From IMG/VR virus record IMGVR_UViG_3300027908_000026: DNA of 64,000 bases, one strand, 5' to 3'. Below are positions 41,188-49,177 of the stretch, in pieces. The position numbers and the translations under genes were made by a program. The number at the start of each line of letters is the position of its first letter. Position 1 is the first letter of the stretch. A model generated the notes under the pieces. That model had not been told where the DNA came from. It saw nothing but the letters and a program-made list of their open reading frames with translations, and made no database searches. Origin of the DNA: a virus.

Positions 41188-41726
41188 ATTTGCTCGAATT
41201 ATTTTTAGAGTGTTCAGTTTGCCCCCTATGCAATGTTAATGTTAAACCAACATTAAATGTACTAATGCATTGTGGCGGTAGAACAGACTATACCCTTACA
41301 GGATATAAATATCCTTTAGTTTTCACAAAACATTTAGATTACGGTCTTGCACCTACGTCATTCTTTATTCAAGATAAGACTGACATCCTGGAAAATTCTT
41401 TAGAGGCCAGAGTTACAAACGTCACGCTTCATTCGTACTGCCCATGTGACAACTACTACTGTGAGTTTTTTAGAATAGCATCTATGCCAATGAACATTTT
41501 AGCAATATATCCAACCGCCAGAGAATCAATAATTATTGGTAAATATCAGATTATAAATCATATTATAACTAGTTTACGCGGTTCTACTGTTGTAAGAAAA
41601 TATTCACAATATCATACAGATGATTACATTCTATTATTTAAGAACCTAGTTTCTAGAAGTGCATGGCCATTTACTGATGAGACAGCCTTTGAGGAAAAGG
41701 TTAATAAACTGCTATTACTCAAATAG
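41184..41726 (+). CDS. C-tag protein, Zn-ribbon family
   Basis: CPLC; ends KVNKLLLLK*. Confidence 0.8.
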   Translation: MNLLELFLECSVCPLCNVNVKPTLNVLMHCGGRTDYTLTGYKYPLVFTKHLDYGLAPTSFFIQDKTDILENSLEARVTNVTLHSYCPCDNYYCEFFRIASMPMNILAIYPTARESIIIGKYQIINHIITSLRGSTVVRKYSQYHTDDYILLFKNLVSRSAWPFTDETAFEEKVNKLLLLK

Positions 41727-41734
41727 AGGAAAAT

Positions 41735-42331
41735 ATGAACCTAGATGAATTCATCAACTTTAGAAGAAATTGTTTGGTCTGTGGGGAACCGAACAGAGTA
41801 TCTCTGCAGGGAGTTATACAAGAACAGCTGGGAGATGATGAATACGAAATTGCGACTGTATATCATTTTACTGACTGTGTTGATAGAAAGAAATTTATAA
41901 CCTTTGCATCACAAAAATATTTACTGATACCTTCGGGAGATTTAGATGTTGATACTTACAACACAGATAAGTTTTCCAGCTTTGTTCTCAGTAAAGATGG
42001 GTATGTAGAGTTTGATAAAGAATTTCAGTTTAAGATGAGAATAGGGATGACATCGGCTTGCCCTAGGGCTCACTATAGTTATTCATCAAGAAAGATTAAG
42101 ATTTCAGAAAAGTCTATGGATATATCAAGGGGATATCCGGTCATCACGGAAGAGCTGAGATGTGGAAATTATCGTGTAATATCGAATTCAAAGACCGATA
42201 AAACCTCAATATTTAATACCGAAGTTTCAAATGAACCTATTATTATCCCACGTAGGGAAATCACTAGTTTTCCATACGATGACCAGGATAAGTTTATAAA
42301 AAAGCTGCAGAACATTATGCTTTTGGCATGA
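41735..42331 (+). CDS. C-tag protein, Zn-ribbon family
   Basis: CLVC; ends KLQNIMLLA*. Confidence 0.8.
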   Translation: MNLDEFINFRRNCLVCGEPNRVSLQGVIQEQLGDDEYEIATVYHFTDCVDRKKFITFASQKYLLIPSGDLDVDTYNTDKFSSFVLSKDGYVEFDKEFQFKMRIGMTSACPRAHYSYSSRKIKISEKSMDISRGYPVITEELRCGNYRVISNSKTDKTSIFNTEVSNEPIIIPRREITSFPYDDQDKFIKKLQNIMLLA

Positions 42332-42369
42332 TACAATAATAATGTTGCTCATAATTAAGCATATTATTC

Positions 42370-42534
42370 ATGAGCTACGATGGTTTATTAAAGATGGCAG
42401 CAGAATTTGAGGACCGAGCGGTCCGCAAAGAGATCCATGATCTTCTTGGGGTCATAAAGAAACAAACTCCTGCAATGACTGGAGATATTCTAGTAATGCT
42501 CAGAAACTATCTTAGGAAAATTGTAGAGTATTGA
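42370..42534 (+). CDS. Small protein with N-terminal LAxxF-type leader (54 aa)
   Basis: MSYDGLLKMAAEFEDR...; read manually. Confidence 0.6.
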   Translation: MSYDGLLKMAAEFEDRAVRKEIHDLLGVIKKQTPAMTGDILVMLRNYLRKIVEY

Positions 42535-42652
42535 TAGCTTATTTATAGCATATCTGTAATTTGAATAAATTAAATGCCTTAAATAAAGCAGTATTAATAA
42601 TTTGAACGGGCTATCTGCATAAGAATGCCCGGCATATTATTGTATAATTTTT

Positions 42653-43012
42653 ATGGATATCAAGAAGATTGCAGATTTAGCTGAAAATTTCGAGCGTGGT
42701 TCTTTTGATTTTGAGCCAATGTTTACAGATAGGTTCGAACGCCTCATGAAGGCTCCTTCCAAGGAGCTTGTCGTTCATACAAGTGCCAAACATATTTTAG
42801 AATCAGAGTTAGAGACGTTGCTAGATTCTGCACATAAGTCCCCGATTGTTCATAACTTGGTAAGACTAATCAAGGCTGCTCTTTCTATGTGGGCTTGGGC
42901 TGAGCGATCTCGCTCTAATAAATATAGGGGCGAAGAACTTGCTGCTATGGAAGCTGCAACTAGCGCAATGGATGCGGTGAAGAAAGCGTATATGGAGATG
43001 AAAGGAGCATAA
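42653..43012 (+). CDS. Hypothetical protein with LAxxF leader
   Basis: MDIKKIADLAENFER. Confidence 0.75.
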   Translation: MDIKKIADLAENFERGSFDFEPMFTDRFERLMKAPSKELVVHTSAKHILESELETLLDSAHKSPIVHNLVRLIKAALSMWAWAERSRSNKYRGEELAAMEAATSAMDAVKKAYMEMKGA

Positions 43013-43425
43013 TGAGTCTGCTGCAAAAAATATCTCAATATCAGCAGCAAGTGTGCGATCTCAGTGAGCAAGTTCCACTAACAGGTAAAGGCCTCAAAGA
43101 AATATTTTCCTACTTGAAAAACTTTCTCGAAGCTGCAGCAAGAGTTGAAAACTACAGATGGTACTACAATGATTTTAGCTCATTATATGAGTACATATCA
43201 AAGCGTCGACATATACCAGCCAAGATTCTAAATGATAAATATCATAACCTTCTTGATTTCGTTAATTCTGTACTCACCAGAGGAAGCACATCCGTGCAAG
43301 ATATTTTACGGCTTGGAATGCTGTGGGATGCATGGAGCGTCTCTACAGTAGGTGTATTAAAAGAAGATCATGTCAAATCTATAAATGCAATGACCAAGCG
43401 TGCTATTGAGATATTACGCAAATAG
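43012..43425 (+). CDS. Hypothetical helical protein
   Basis: TAATG coupling, AAGGAG upstream. Confidence 0.75.
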   Translation: MSLLQKISQYQQQVCDLSEQVPLTGKGLKEIFSYLKNFLEAAARVENYRWYYNDFSSLYEYISKRRHIPAKILNDKYHNLLDFVNSVLTRGSTSVQDILRLGMLWDAWSVSTVGVLKEDHVKSINAMTKRAIEILRK

Positions 43426-43458
43426 ATTGCTTGCGGATTAAACCAAGAAGGATAGCCT

Positions 43459-43752
43459 ATGAGTATGACCCCAGAACGCTTGGCAGATGTAATGTTTAAC
43501 GAACTTCAAAAGAATTTCAAATATTATTTAAGAGATGGAAGGTATGGAGTTAACTACTTCTTTGAGGGCATTAGATATTGCATCAAGTATAGTATGGACT
43601 ACAAACCTTTCATAAGAAGATTATTTATCAATAAATCTGATTTCGTTGTCCCACTCTATGATAGAATCCTAAATACAACTGAATGGACACTAGCTCCTAA
43701 TGTAAAACAAGATATAATTGATTTTCTTGAGAAATTCGTCATACTAAAATGA
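43459..43752 (+). CDS. C-tag protein
   Basis: Ends FLEKFVILK*. Confidence 0.75.
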   Translation: MSMTPERLADVMFNELQKNFKYYLRDGRYGVNYFFEGIRYCIKYSMDYKPFIRRLFINKSDFVVPLYDRILNTTEWTLAPNVKQDIIDFLEKFVILK

Positions 43753-43760
43753 ATGTGTGC

Positions 43761-43791
43761 CCCTTACTAATAAATAAAGATATAGTAAGGG
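43761..43791 (+). promoter_or_regulatory. 9-bp hairpin whose right arm covers the RBS of the next gene
   Basis: CCCTTACTA-13 nt-TAGTAAGGG, then AGAATTTATG. Confidence 0.55.
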
Positions 43792-43798
43792 AGAATTT

Positions 43799-44299
43799 AT
43801 GTCGTTTTTGAAATTAGTTAAATTAGCGAAGAAATTTGAGGCCAAGCTTCAAAAAGAGGGGCAGGCACTTAAGTATGTTACTGGTCCAGGACAATCTATG
43901 ATGATTGACCCAAGTCAGGTACAACTCCCGCCTGAACCAACAGAACACGATAAACTTTTAAGCCGAGTTCCGCCCCCAGTTCCAGGACCGAAGGAAATTA
44001 ATGTTCCAGAACAAACAATAGAAGGCAACGCTCCTGTGCGTGCTAACCCAAATGTTAAGTCGGTACAGAACTACATCAACCAAGAACTTGCAGTTAAGAA
44101 CCAGCTTATAAGTCCAATAAAATCCGATGGTATCTGGGGCAGAGAAACGGTCGCTGCTCTACAGAAATGGCTTAAACTAAATAATCTCAATCTGGACCTT
44201 AATAAAGGTTTCGCTGCAGCACTTGTTAGAGCGATGGGTCAAGAGAATGTTAATTCTATTGATACCGTACAGCAGCCAAACCTCAAGTCTTTAGTGTAA
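43799..44299 (+). CDS. LAxxF-leader protein with peptidoglycan-binding-like domain
   Basis: MSFLKLVKLAKKFEAK; VKSVQNYIN...SDGIWGRETVAALQKW. Confidence 0.7.
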   Translation: MSFLKLVKLAKKFEAKLQKEGQALKYVTGPGQSMMIDPSQVQLPPEPTEHDKLLSRVPPPVPGPKEINVPEQTIEGNAPVRANPNVKSVQNYINQELAVKNQLISPIKSDGIWGRETVAALQKWLKLNNLNLDLNKGFAAALVRAMGQENVNSIDTVQQPNLKSLV

Positions 44300-44318
44300 T
44301 CATTGTTATATACTTCTT

Positions 44319-44648
44319 GTGCAAAGTGTGGCGGAATCATATAAGACTAATTTAACAATCTGCCCAGTTTGTTTTAAGAACACCATAGCAGGAGACGAGG
44401 AAGGATTCCCTGGTTCTGGCAGTGAACAATGGGGTACGACTCATATTGGTTGTAATAACTGTTTGAGTTTCTATGTTACATTGTCATTCAAAATGTCCCG
44501 CGGTACGCGTTGGTATACAACAGGTATTATTATAAACAGTCGTGAAATGCGCGAAACTCTTTTTGTTAAAAAGTTTCATTCACTAGTACTAGATACTAAA
44601 GGCAAAGATTTAGCAGAACGTATAAATGCTACAATGATATTACTTTAA
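44319..44648 (+). CDS. C-tag protein, Zn-ribbon family
   Basis: CPVC...CNNC; ends RINATMILL*. Confidence 0.72.
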   Translation: MQSVAESYKTNLTICPVCFKNTIAGDEEGFPGSGSEQWGTTHIGCNNCLSFYVTLSFKMSRGTRWYTTGIIINSREMRETLFVKKFHSLVLDTKGKDLAERINATMILL

Positions 44649-44692
44649 TTAATGGGGCTTGTATTTGGCAGAGTAAGATTTATAATACTGCT

Positions 44693-45067
44693 GTGATAGA
44701 TTTTTCGCGCCACTACGATTCAATCGAAGAACTTGATAAAGCTTATAGTTCATGTTTGCTTTGTGGCGCTAAAAATGTGTGGTGTTGGGAATTTATAAGA
44801 TGCAAAAATTGTTGGTTAGAAATTTACTATAATACTGCATACGACAACTACGGAGAGTACGAAAAATATCATATTGCCAATTTGGTGCTACATGATAAGC
44901 CGTTCAAAGTATTTATAGGAAATTATAGCACAATTCATTTTTCAAATTTACCATTCAAGGAATTTCAGCCGGTATATTTTCCTTTCTCGAAATTTGAACT
45001 CATTAAAAATTGGCACAATGAAGGCAATCTTAAAAATAAGATAGAATCCCTGCTTGTATTGGTATAA
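44693..45067 (+). CDS. C-tag protein, Zn-ribbon family
   Basis: CLLC...CKNC; ends KIESLLVLV*. Confidence 0.75.
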   Translation: MIDFSRHYDSIEELDKAYSSCLLCGAKNVWCWEFIRCKNCWLEIYYNTAYDNYGEYEKYHIANLVLHDKPFKVFIGNYSTIHFSNLPFKEFQPVYFPFSKFELIKNWHNEGNLKNKIESLLVLV

Positions 45068-45188
45068 CGAGACATACTGTTATGATCCCTAAGTTCGCCC
45101 AAAAATACTGCACGTTTGGTACAAGCATTGAAATAGTGCCAACGCTTGAGGACCTTATGGAATTATATTATAGATTGGCAACAGAAGT

Positions 45189-46037
45189 TCAGATTCCACG
45201 ACAGAAGAAATCGTAAAATTTTCCCTTATCCACCTTGACGCTGATAAACGTGTTGGTGCCAGTTTTTTCCTTGCAGCCCCATTCGCCACGTTCGCGGAAC
45301 ATTTCAACTTCTTTGAAAGAACAAATGCTGTTGTCAACGGCACAGCATGCTGCTAGTGGATCATGCAGTAGCTTTCCGGCAGGATGCCTATCCAAGTAGA
45401 CATCCATTAATCTTTTTATAGTCTGATGACCAGCGAATTTTTTGTGCAATTCAGCGTCATATAGAACACCATGACAGACATTCTTGCTAACAAGATAGCG
45501 CTTCTTAAATCCATCATATGCGAGTACGAGTTGGGCAGCAGGAACGTTGCCATTAAAATTAAATGTTGGGCAAGTAATCTTACCGGCGAACTTTTCTAAT
45601 CTATCTTCGGCCGCGACAACATTGTCACCAGCGAAGCCTCCCTGCAAAACAATGGCATCAAGCTTTATTTGATAGTCTTCTATGGCCTTCTTTATATTTC
45701 CCAGTGGCCCGCCTGTTAGAATTATTGAGTCCGGGAACTGACCAAGCACAGCAGCTATGACGTCAGCCCCAGAGCCGTTTGCATGTCCCGGCTCAATCTT
45801 ACCGAGCCAAGCGTAGTGGAACGCACTAACGCATTCCTTTGGATGCTCAGGTCTTTCAGCTCCGACAGGAATCTCTTTGCCGAATAGTTTTATTATGTGC
45901 TGCACGAGTCCAATCTGAGCATGAGAGCCTGGCGTCACAGTCACGCCACGCAAATTGACTTCTGGTCTAGATAGAAGCCAGCACAATGTAATTGCATCAT
46001 CTGGATCACTTGTTTCCATATCAAATATTATATTCAT
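45189..46037 (-). CDS. Inosine/uridine-preferring nucleoside hydrolase family protein
   Basis: IIFDMETSDPDDA, LTGGPLGN, TFNF, LHDPLAA. Confidence 0.85.
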   Translation of the reverse strand: MNIIFDMETSDPDDAITLCWLLSRPEVNLRGVTVTPGSHAQIGLVQHIIKLFGKEIPVGAERPEHPKECVSAFHYAWLGKIEPGHANGSGADVIAAVLGQFPDSIILTGGPLGNIKKAIEDYQIKLDAIVLQGGFAGDNVVAAEDRLEKFAGKITCPTFNFNGNVPAAQLVLAYDGFKKRYLVSKNVCHGVLYDAELHKKFAGHQTIKRLMDVYLDRHPAGKLLHDPLAACCAVDNSICSFKEVEMFRERGEWGCKEKTGTNTFISVKVDKGKFYDFFCRGI

Positions 46038-46291
46038 ATAAGTATCAATAATTTATCCAAAATAGCTAATTGCTCTGGTCGATGTTTTGCAACATATTGT
46101 CGAACGTGATCGGCTGTTTTAGGATCAGTAATATACTTAAGTAAAGCAATCTTTACTTCTCGTGGGGATTCTTCGGCATGATCCAGAAGAGCGCGGGCAA
46201 TTCTTATTTTTACGTTAATAGTATTGTTGCCGTGCTTTATTTTTTCCTCAAGCATATCGATAAATTTTTGTGTTACTAGCGGAAGGCTCAT
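46034..46291 (-). CDS. C-tag protein, helical type
   Basis: Ends HRPEQLAILDKLLILI*. Confidence 0.78.
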   Translation of the reverse strand: MSLPLVTQKFIDMLEEKIKHGNNTINVKIRIARALLDHAEESPREVKIALLKYITDPKTADHVRQYVAKHRPEQLAILDKLLILI

Positions 46292-46602
46292 TTAAGGACT
46301 CCAAGTCTATCAACCATTGGCTCAAATTCCGCCGCTACTTCTTTAATAGCAGTACGCAAATTCTCAAATGTTTTATATTTACGAATGTGTTTAATAATGT
46401 ACTCACGAGTTAGTTCATACTCATCGTCACGACGTCTAAAGATTAAGACGTCATCGATTATACGCTCGATACTTGGCTCTATCGCATCTCTATCAATTAG
46501 AGTAAATCTTCTTTGCTTTATGTTGGCAATTGAAATAGTTGGATTAGATACTATTTCAAACTGAGGAACCGTTATTCTATTAGCAAATATTCTTTCAGTC
46601 AT
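46288..46602 (-). CDS. C-tag protein
   Basis: Ends MVDRLGVLK*. Confidence 0.75.
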   Translation of the reverse strand: MTERIFANRITVPQFEIVSNPTISIANIKQRRFTLIDRDAIEPSIERIIDDVLIFRRRDDEYELTREYIIKHIRKYKTFENLRTAIKEVAAEFEPMVDRLGVLK

Positions 46603-46880
46603 TTTAACACCAATAACTTATCAAGCTCCTCAAGCCACTGTGGGTAGTTCTTAGCAACTATTTCTCTCACGACTTTCGGATTATATGAGTTAATTACATG
46701 TATAAGCCCCGCTCTTGGTTGCTCATTAGCTTCAGCTAATCCATTTAGATAAACATCTACTTCGTATCCGTCATCTTTGTAAGTATAATCCCAGTAAAAT
46801 ACATTACCGGTGGGCCCTGTCATTGGTTGAATATTTATTATAGATTTGGATATGCTATGATAATTTAATTTTCTAAACAT
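46599..46880 (-). CDS. C-tag protein carrying a T4 gp23-like QPMTGPTG segment
   Basis: INIQPMTGPTGNVFYWDYTY; ends NYPQWLEELDKLLVLK*. Confidence 0.75.
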   Translation of the reverse strand: MFRKLNYHSISKSIINIQPMTGPTGNVFYWDYTYKDDGYEVDVYLNGLAEANEQPRAGLIHVINSYNPKVVREIVAKNYPQWLEELDKLLVLK

Positions 46881-46884
46881 TGTA

Positions 46885-47121
46885 TTACTTTATAATTAAT
46901 AGTTTATCGAGTTCCTCTAGCCACTGGGGGAAACTTGTTTTTACTATCTCTCTTATTTTTCTTGGGTCGTATGTTTTGAGAAGTTTAACAAAGCCGGGTC
47001 CTACACGTTCAACCCCGACATCTGCCAGCGGTTGTAAATATTGTTTTACAGGATCGGGGAAGTAGCCATCAAAATTCGCCATGATAAGCTCAATATGTTT
47101 TAATGCCAATGTCGTCAACAA
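46885..47121 (-). CDS. C-tag protein, shares last ~30 aa with 46599..46880
   Basis: Ends SFPQWLEELDKLLIIK*. Confidence 0.78.
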   Translation of the reverse strand: MLTTLALKHIELIMANFDGYFPDPVKQYLQPLADVGVERVGPGFVKLLKTYDPRKIREIVKTSFPQWLEELDKLLIIK

Positions 47122-47144
47122 ATTAGCTTGGTATATATTCTTAT

Positions 47145-47501
47145 ATGCGGTACGATGATATGCAGTTCTATGAAAAGCTTAACGGCATCTGTCCCTTGTG
47201 CGGCAATGACTTAACCGTTGCGGAAAAAGATTATTGGGGATGTTCGGAGTATCATTTCTTTGTGGAACTTGACAAAATGGGATTTGTCAGTCAAATTACT
47301 ATATACGCTGAACGACCTGCAGTTTGTAATTCAACAATTGAAGATTTTAAGATTATAATCTTGCCACAAAAGCACATAGCGCATATTACACCAACAGATC
47401 AGCCAGGGATACGGATGCCACTTCTTAATGAAGATATTATGTTTTCGTTCTTAACTAATAAGGTATTTAGGAAATGCGAAACAATGATGCTGCTAAAATA
47501 A
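47145..47501 (+). CDS. C-tag protein, Zn-ribbon family
   Basis: CPLC; ends KCETMMLLK*. Confidence 0.75.
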   Translation: MRYDDMQFYEKLNGICPLCGNDLTVAEKDYWGCSEYHFFVELDKMGFVSQITIYAERPAVCNSTIEDFKIIILPQKHIAHITPTDQPGIRMPLLNEDIMFSFLTNKVFRKCETMMLLK

Positions 47502-47785
47502 AAATATTTGAGTGGGAAGATATTATCGAGCCGAAAGGCGGATGCATCTCGCAGCGTATTGCAACAAATCGCAATGTTGTAGCTGAGATTTATTTCAATT
47601 CTAACAGTGCGTGGAGTGGCAATTCACCATTCACCGCTTACATTCATTTTCGTGGTCTGCTAATTGATGCACCGTGGTATAAAATCAAATTTGACACCGC
47701 TGCAGAAGCAAAGAGCTTTGTTGATTCCAGACTTAAAGATAGTGGTTACGAAACATTACAATCACATTTGAAAACACTATTATGA
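47474..47785 (+). CDS. C-tag protein, GYK...KxLL family
   Basis: IFEWE; ends GYETLQSHLKTLL*. Confidence 0.75.
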   Translation: MRNNDAAKIKIFEWEDIIEPKGGCISQRIATNRNVVAEIYFNSNSAWSGNSPFTAYIHFRGLLIDAPWYKIKFDTAAEAKSFVDSRLKDSGYETLQSHLKTLL

Positions 47786-48042
47786 AATTTGGACCAAGCT
47801 GCAGACAACTAGGAATGAAAGCGTGCTGCTACTGTAGTCTCGATGATTCTAAATACGATAAATGTTTAATTAACAAAATGCAAGTTGCAGTTGAACATTA
47901 TGGATTAAGACAATTCTTTATTAGAATTAAACCAATTATAGAATTTGCCCAAGATGATGTAATGGTATATCTTATCAAATGTATTGAACTCTATTATCCA
48001 TCTGATAAAGAGAAGCTACAGTCGCTGCTAACTTTGCTCTAG
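47782..48042 (+). CDS. C-tag protein, Cys-rich CxxxGL family
   Basis: CRQLGMKACCYC; ends YPSDKEKLQSLLTLL*. Confidence 0.78.
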   Translation: MKFGPSCRQLGMKACCYCSLDDSKYDKCLINKMQVAVEHYGLRQFFIRIKPIIEFAQDDVMVYLIKCIELYYPSDKEKLQSLLTLL

Positions 48043-48091
48043 TAATGCTATTTTCCCCCTATCTCCTTAAATGGTTCTTTCCCCCAAGTCA

Positions 48092-48173
48092 TTGTCGATA
48101 TGTTGTTCTCGGCGGATGAATAAAAATAAGTTGCCGATATGAACATAAGTGTTAAGTTATAGTTGTCGATATG
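48092..48173 (+). repeat. Three direct copies of TTG(T/C)CGATATG
   Basis: 48092-48102, 48131-48141, 48163-48173; the last supplies the ATG of the next gene. Confidence 0.6.
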
Positions 48174-48440
48174 TGGAAACCTCTTGAAGTTAAAAAGACA
48201 ACGCCCATCAGTTGGTGCGTTATGTATACTAATCCCGGTGATAGCGATCTGATATTTGATATCGATGACCATATACGACGCGTAATCACAGTTGCTAGAG
48301 CCAAGGGAAACGTAATAGAATTAATGGTTTACGTGTTAAAAGTTAATGGTCCGGAAGTAACAGCAAGGTTCAGAACAGCGCTGTGTGTGGCAGATGAGAA
48401 ATTGGTGGAAAAATTTGATAAATTGGCGTTGCTTGTCTAA
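48171..48440 (+). CDS. C-tag protein
   Basis: Ends EKFDKLALLV*. Confidence 0.72.
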   Translation: MWKPLEVKKTTPISWCVMYTNPGDSDLIFDIDDHIRRVITVARAKGNVIELMVYVLKVNGPEVTARFRTALCVADEKLVEKFDKLALLV

Positions 48441-48490
48441 AGTGGGGTGGAACGCTGATCCTGTTCTATGGGAACAAAGATGCATAACGG

Positions 48491-48850
48491 CTAACCGGGA
48501 TCGACGGTGTACTCCAGTTTTGGAATTTTAGCATAATTACTATTTCTTTTGTCAGTTATATATTGAGCTAACTTATCAGAACTGCATTTTTTAACAACAT
48601 TAATGCACTCCATAACCTCTTCAGTAGGATAAAACCACTCCCCAACTAAATGACTTTCTTTCAATAGATTATGAAATACTTTTTCTAATGTTTTTGATTC
48701 ATCGATGGCTAGTGTTAATAACTTAAAGTTGTATGGGCAACCAACTCGTAGTTGACTCATTCTACCATTAATATTGGAAGAAAATCCAATTTTAACATAT
48801 CCATCAGCATTATCAATCTGTATAAAGTACACAGTTCCCAATTTACTCAT
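48491..48850 (-). CDS. T5orf172/GIY-YIG-like nuclease domain protein
   Basis: VYFIQ...YVKIGFS...R...L...LEKVFH...GEWF. Confidence 0.8.
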   Translation of the reverse strand: MSKLGTVYFIQIDNADGYVKIGFSSNINGRMSQLRVGCPYNFKLLTLAIDESKTLEKVFHNLLKESHLVGEWFYPTEEVMECINVVKKCSSDKLAQYITDKRNSNYAKIPKLEYTVDPG

Positions 48851-48922
48851 AACATTCCATATACCATAAACCAAAATATAATTAAAATAAATGACGAGAT
48901 TTTGGAGATGTAAAGTTTTACA

Positions 48923-49150
48923 ATGATAAGTATAGAAGAACGATTAAACAAGTGGGCTATTGATAGCTTGAGTGAGGTCAAGGAGATTCGGGATACACTT
49001 GATTCTGCTAAGGACCCCGCCCATGCCATCCGACAGCTCTACATAGATTCGCACCATGATAAGATGAGAATGTGGTTTCTTACATTTGTAGTCCACTACA
49101 AATATCCACAATATAAACCTATTCTCGAAAAGCTAATAATATTAGAATAA
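48923..49150 (+). CDS. C-tag protein, helical type
   Basis: Ends KYPQYKPILEKLIILE*. Confidence 0.75.
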   Translation: MISIEERLNKWAIDSLSEVKEIRDTLDSAKDPAHAIRQLYIDSHHDKMRMWFLTFVVHYKYPQYKPILEKLIILE

Positions 49151-49177
49151 TATATTAATTGCTTGGTATCTATATGA

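Noticed and set aside
48092-48173. CRISPR-like array
   Set aside because: Only three 11-nt repeats with uneven spacing; too short, and no cas genes. No CRISPR array was seen anywhere in the window.
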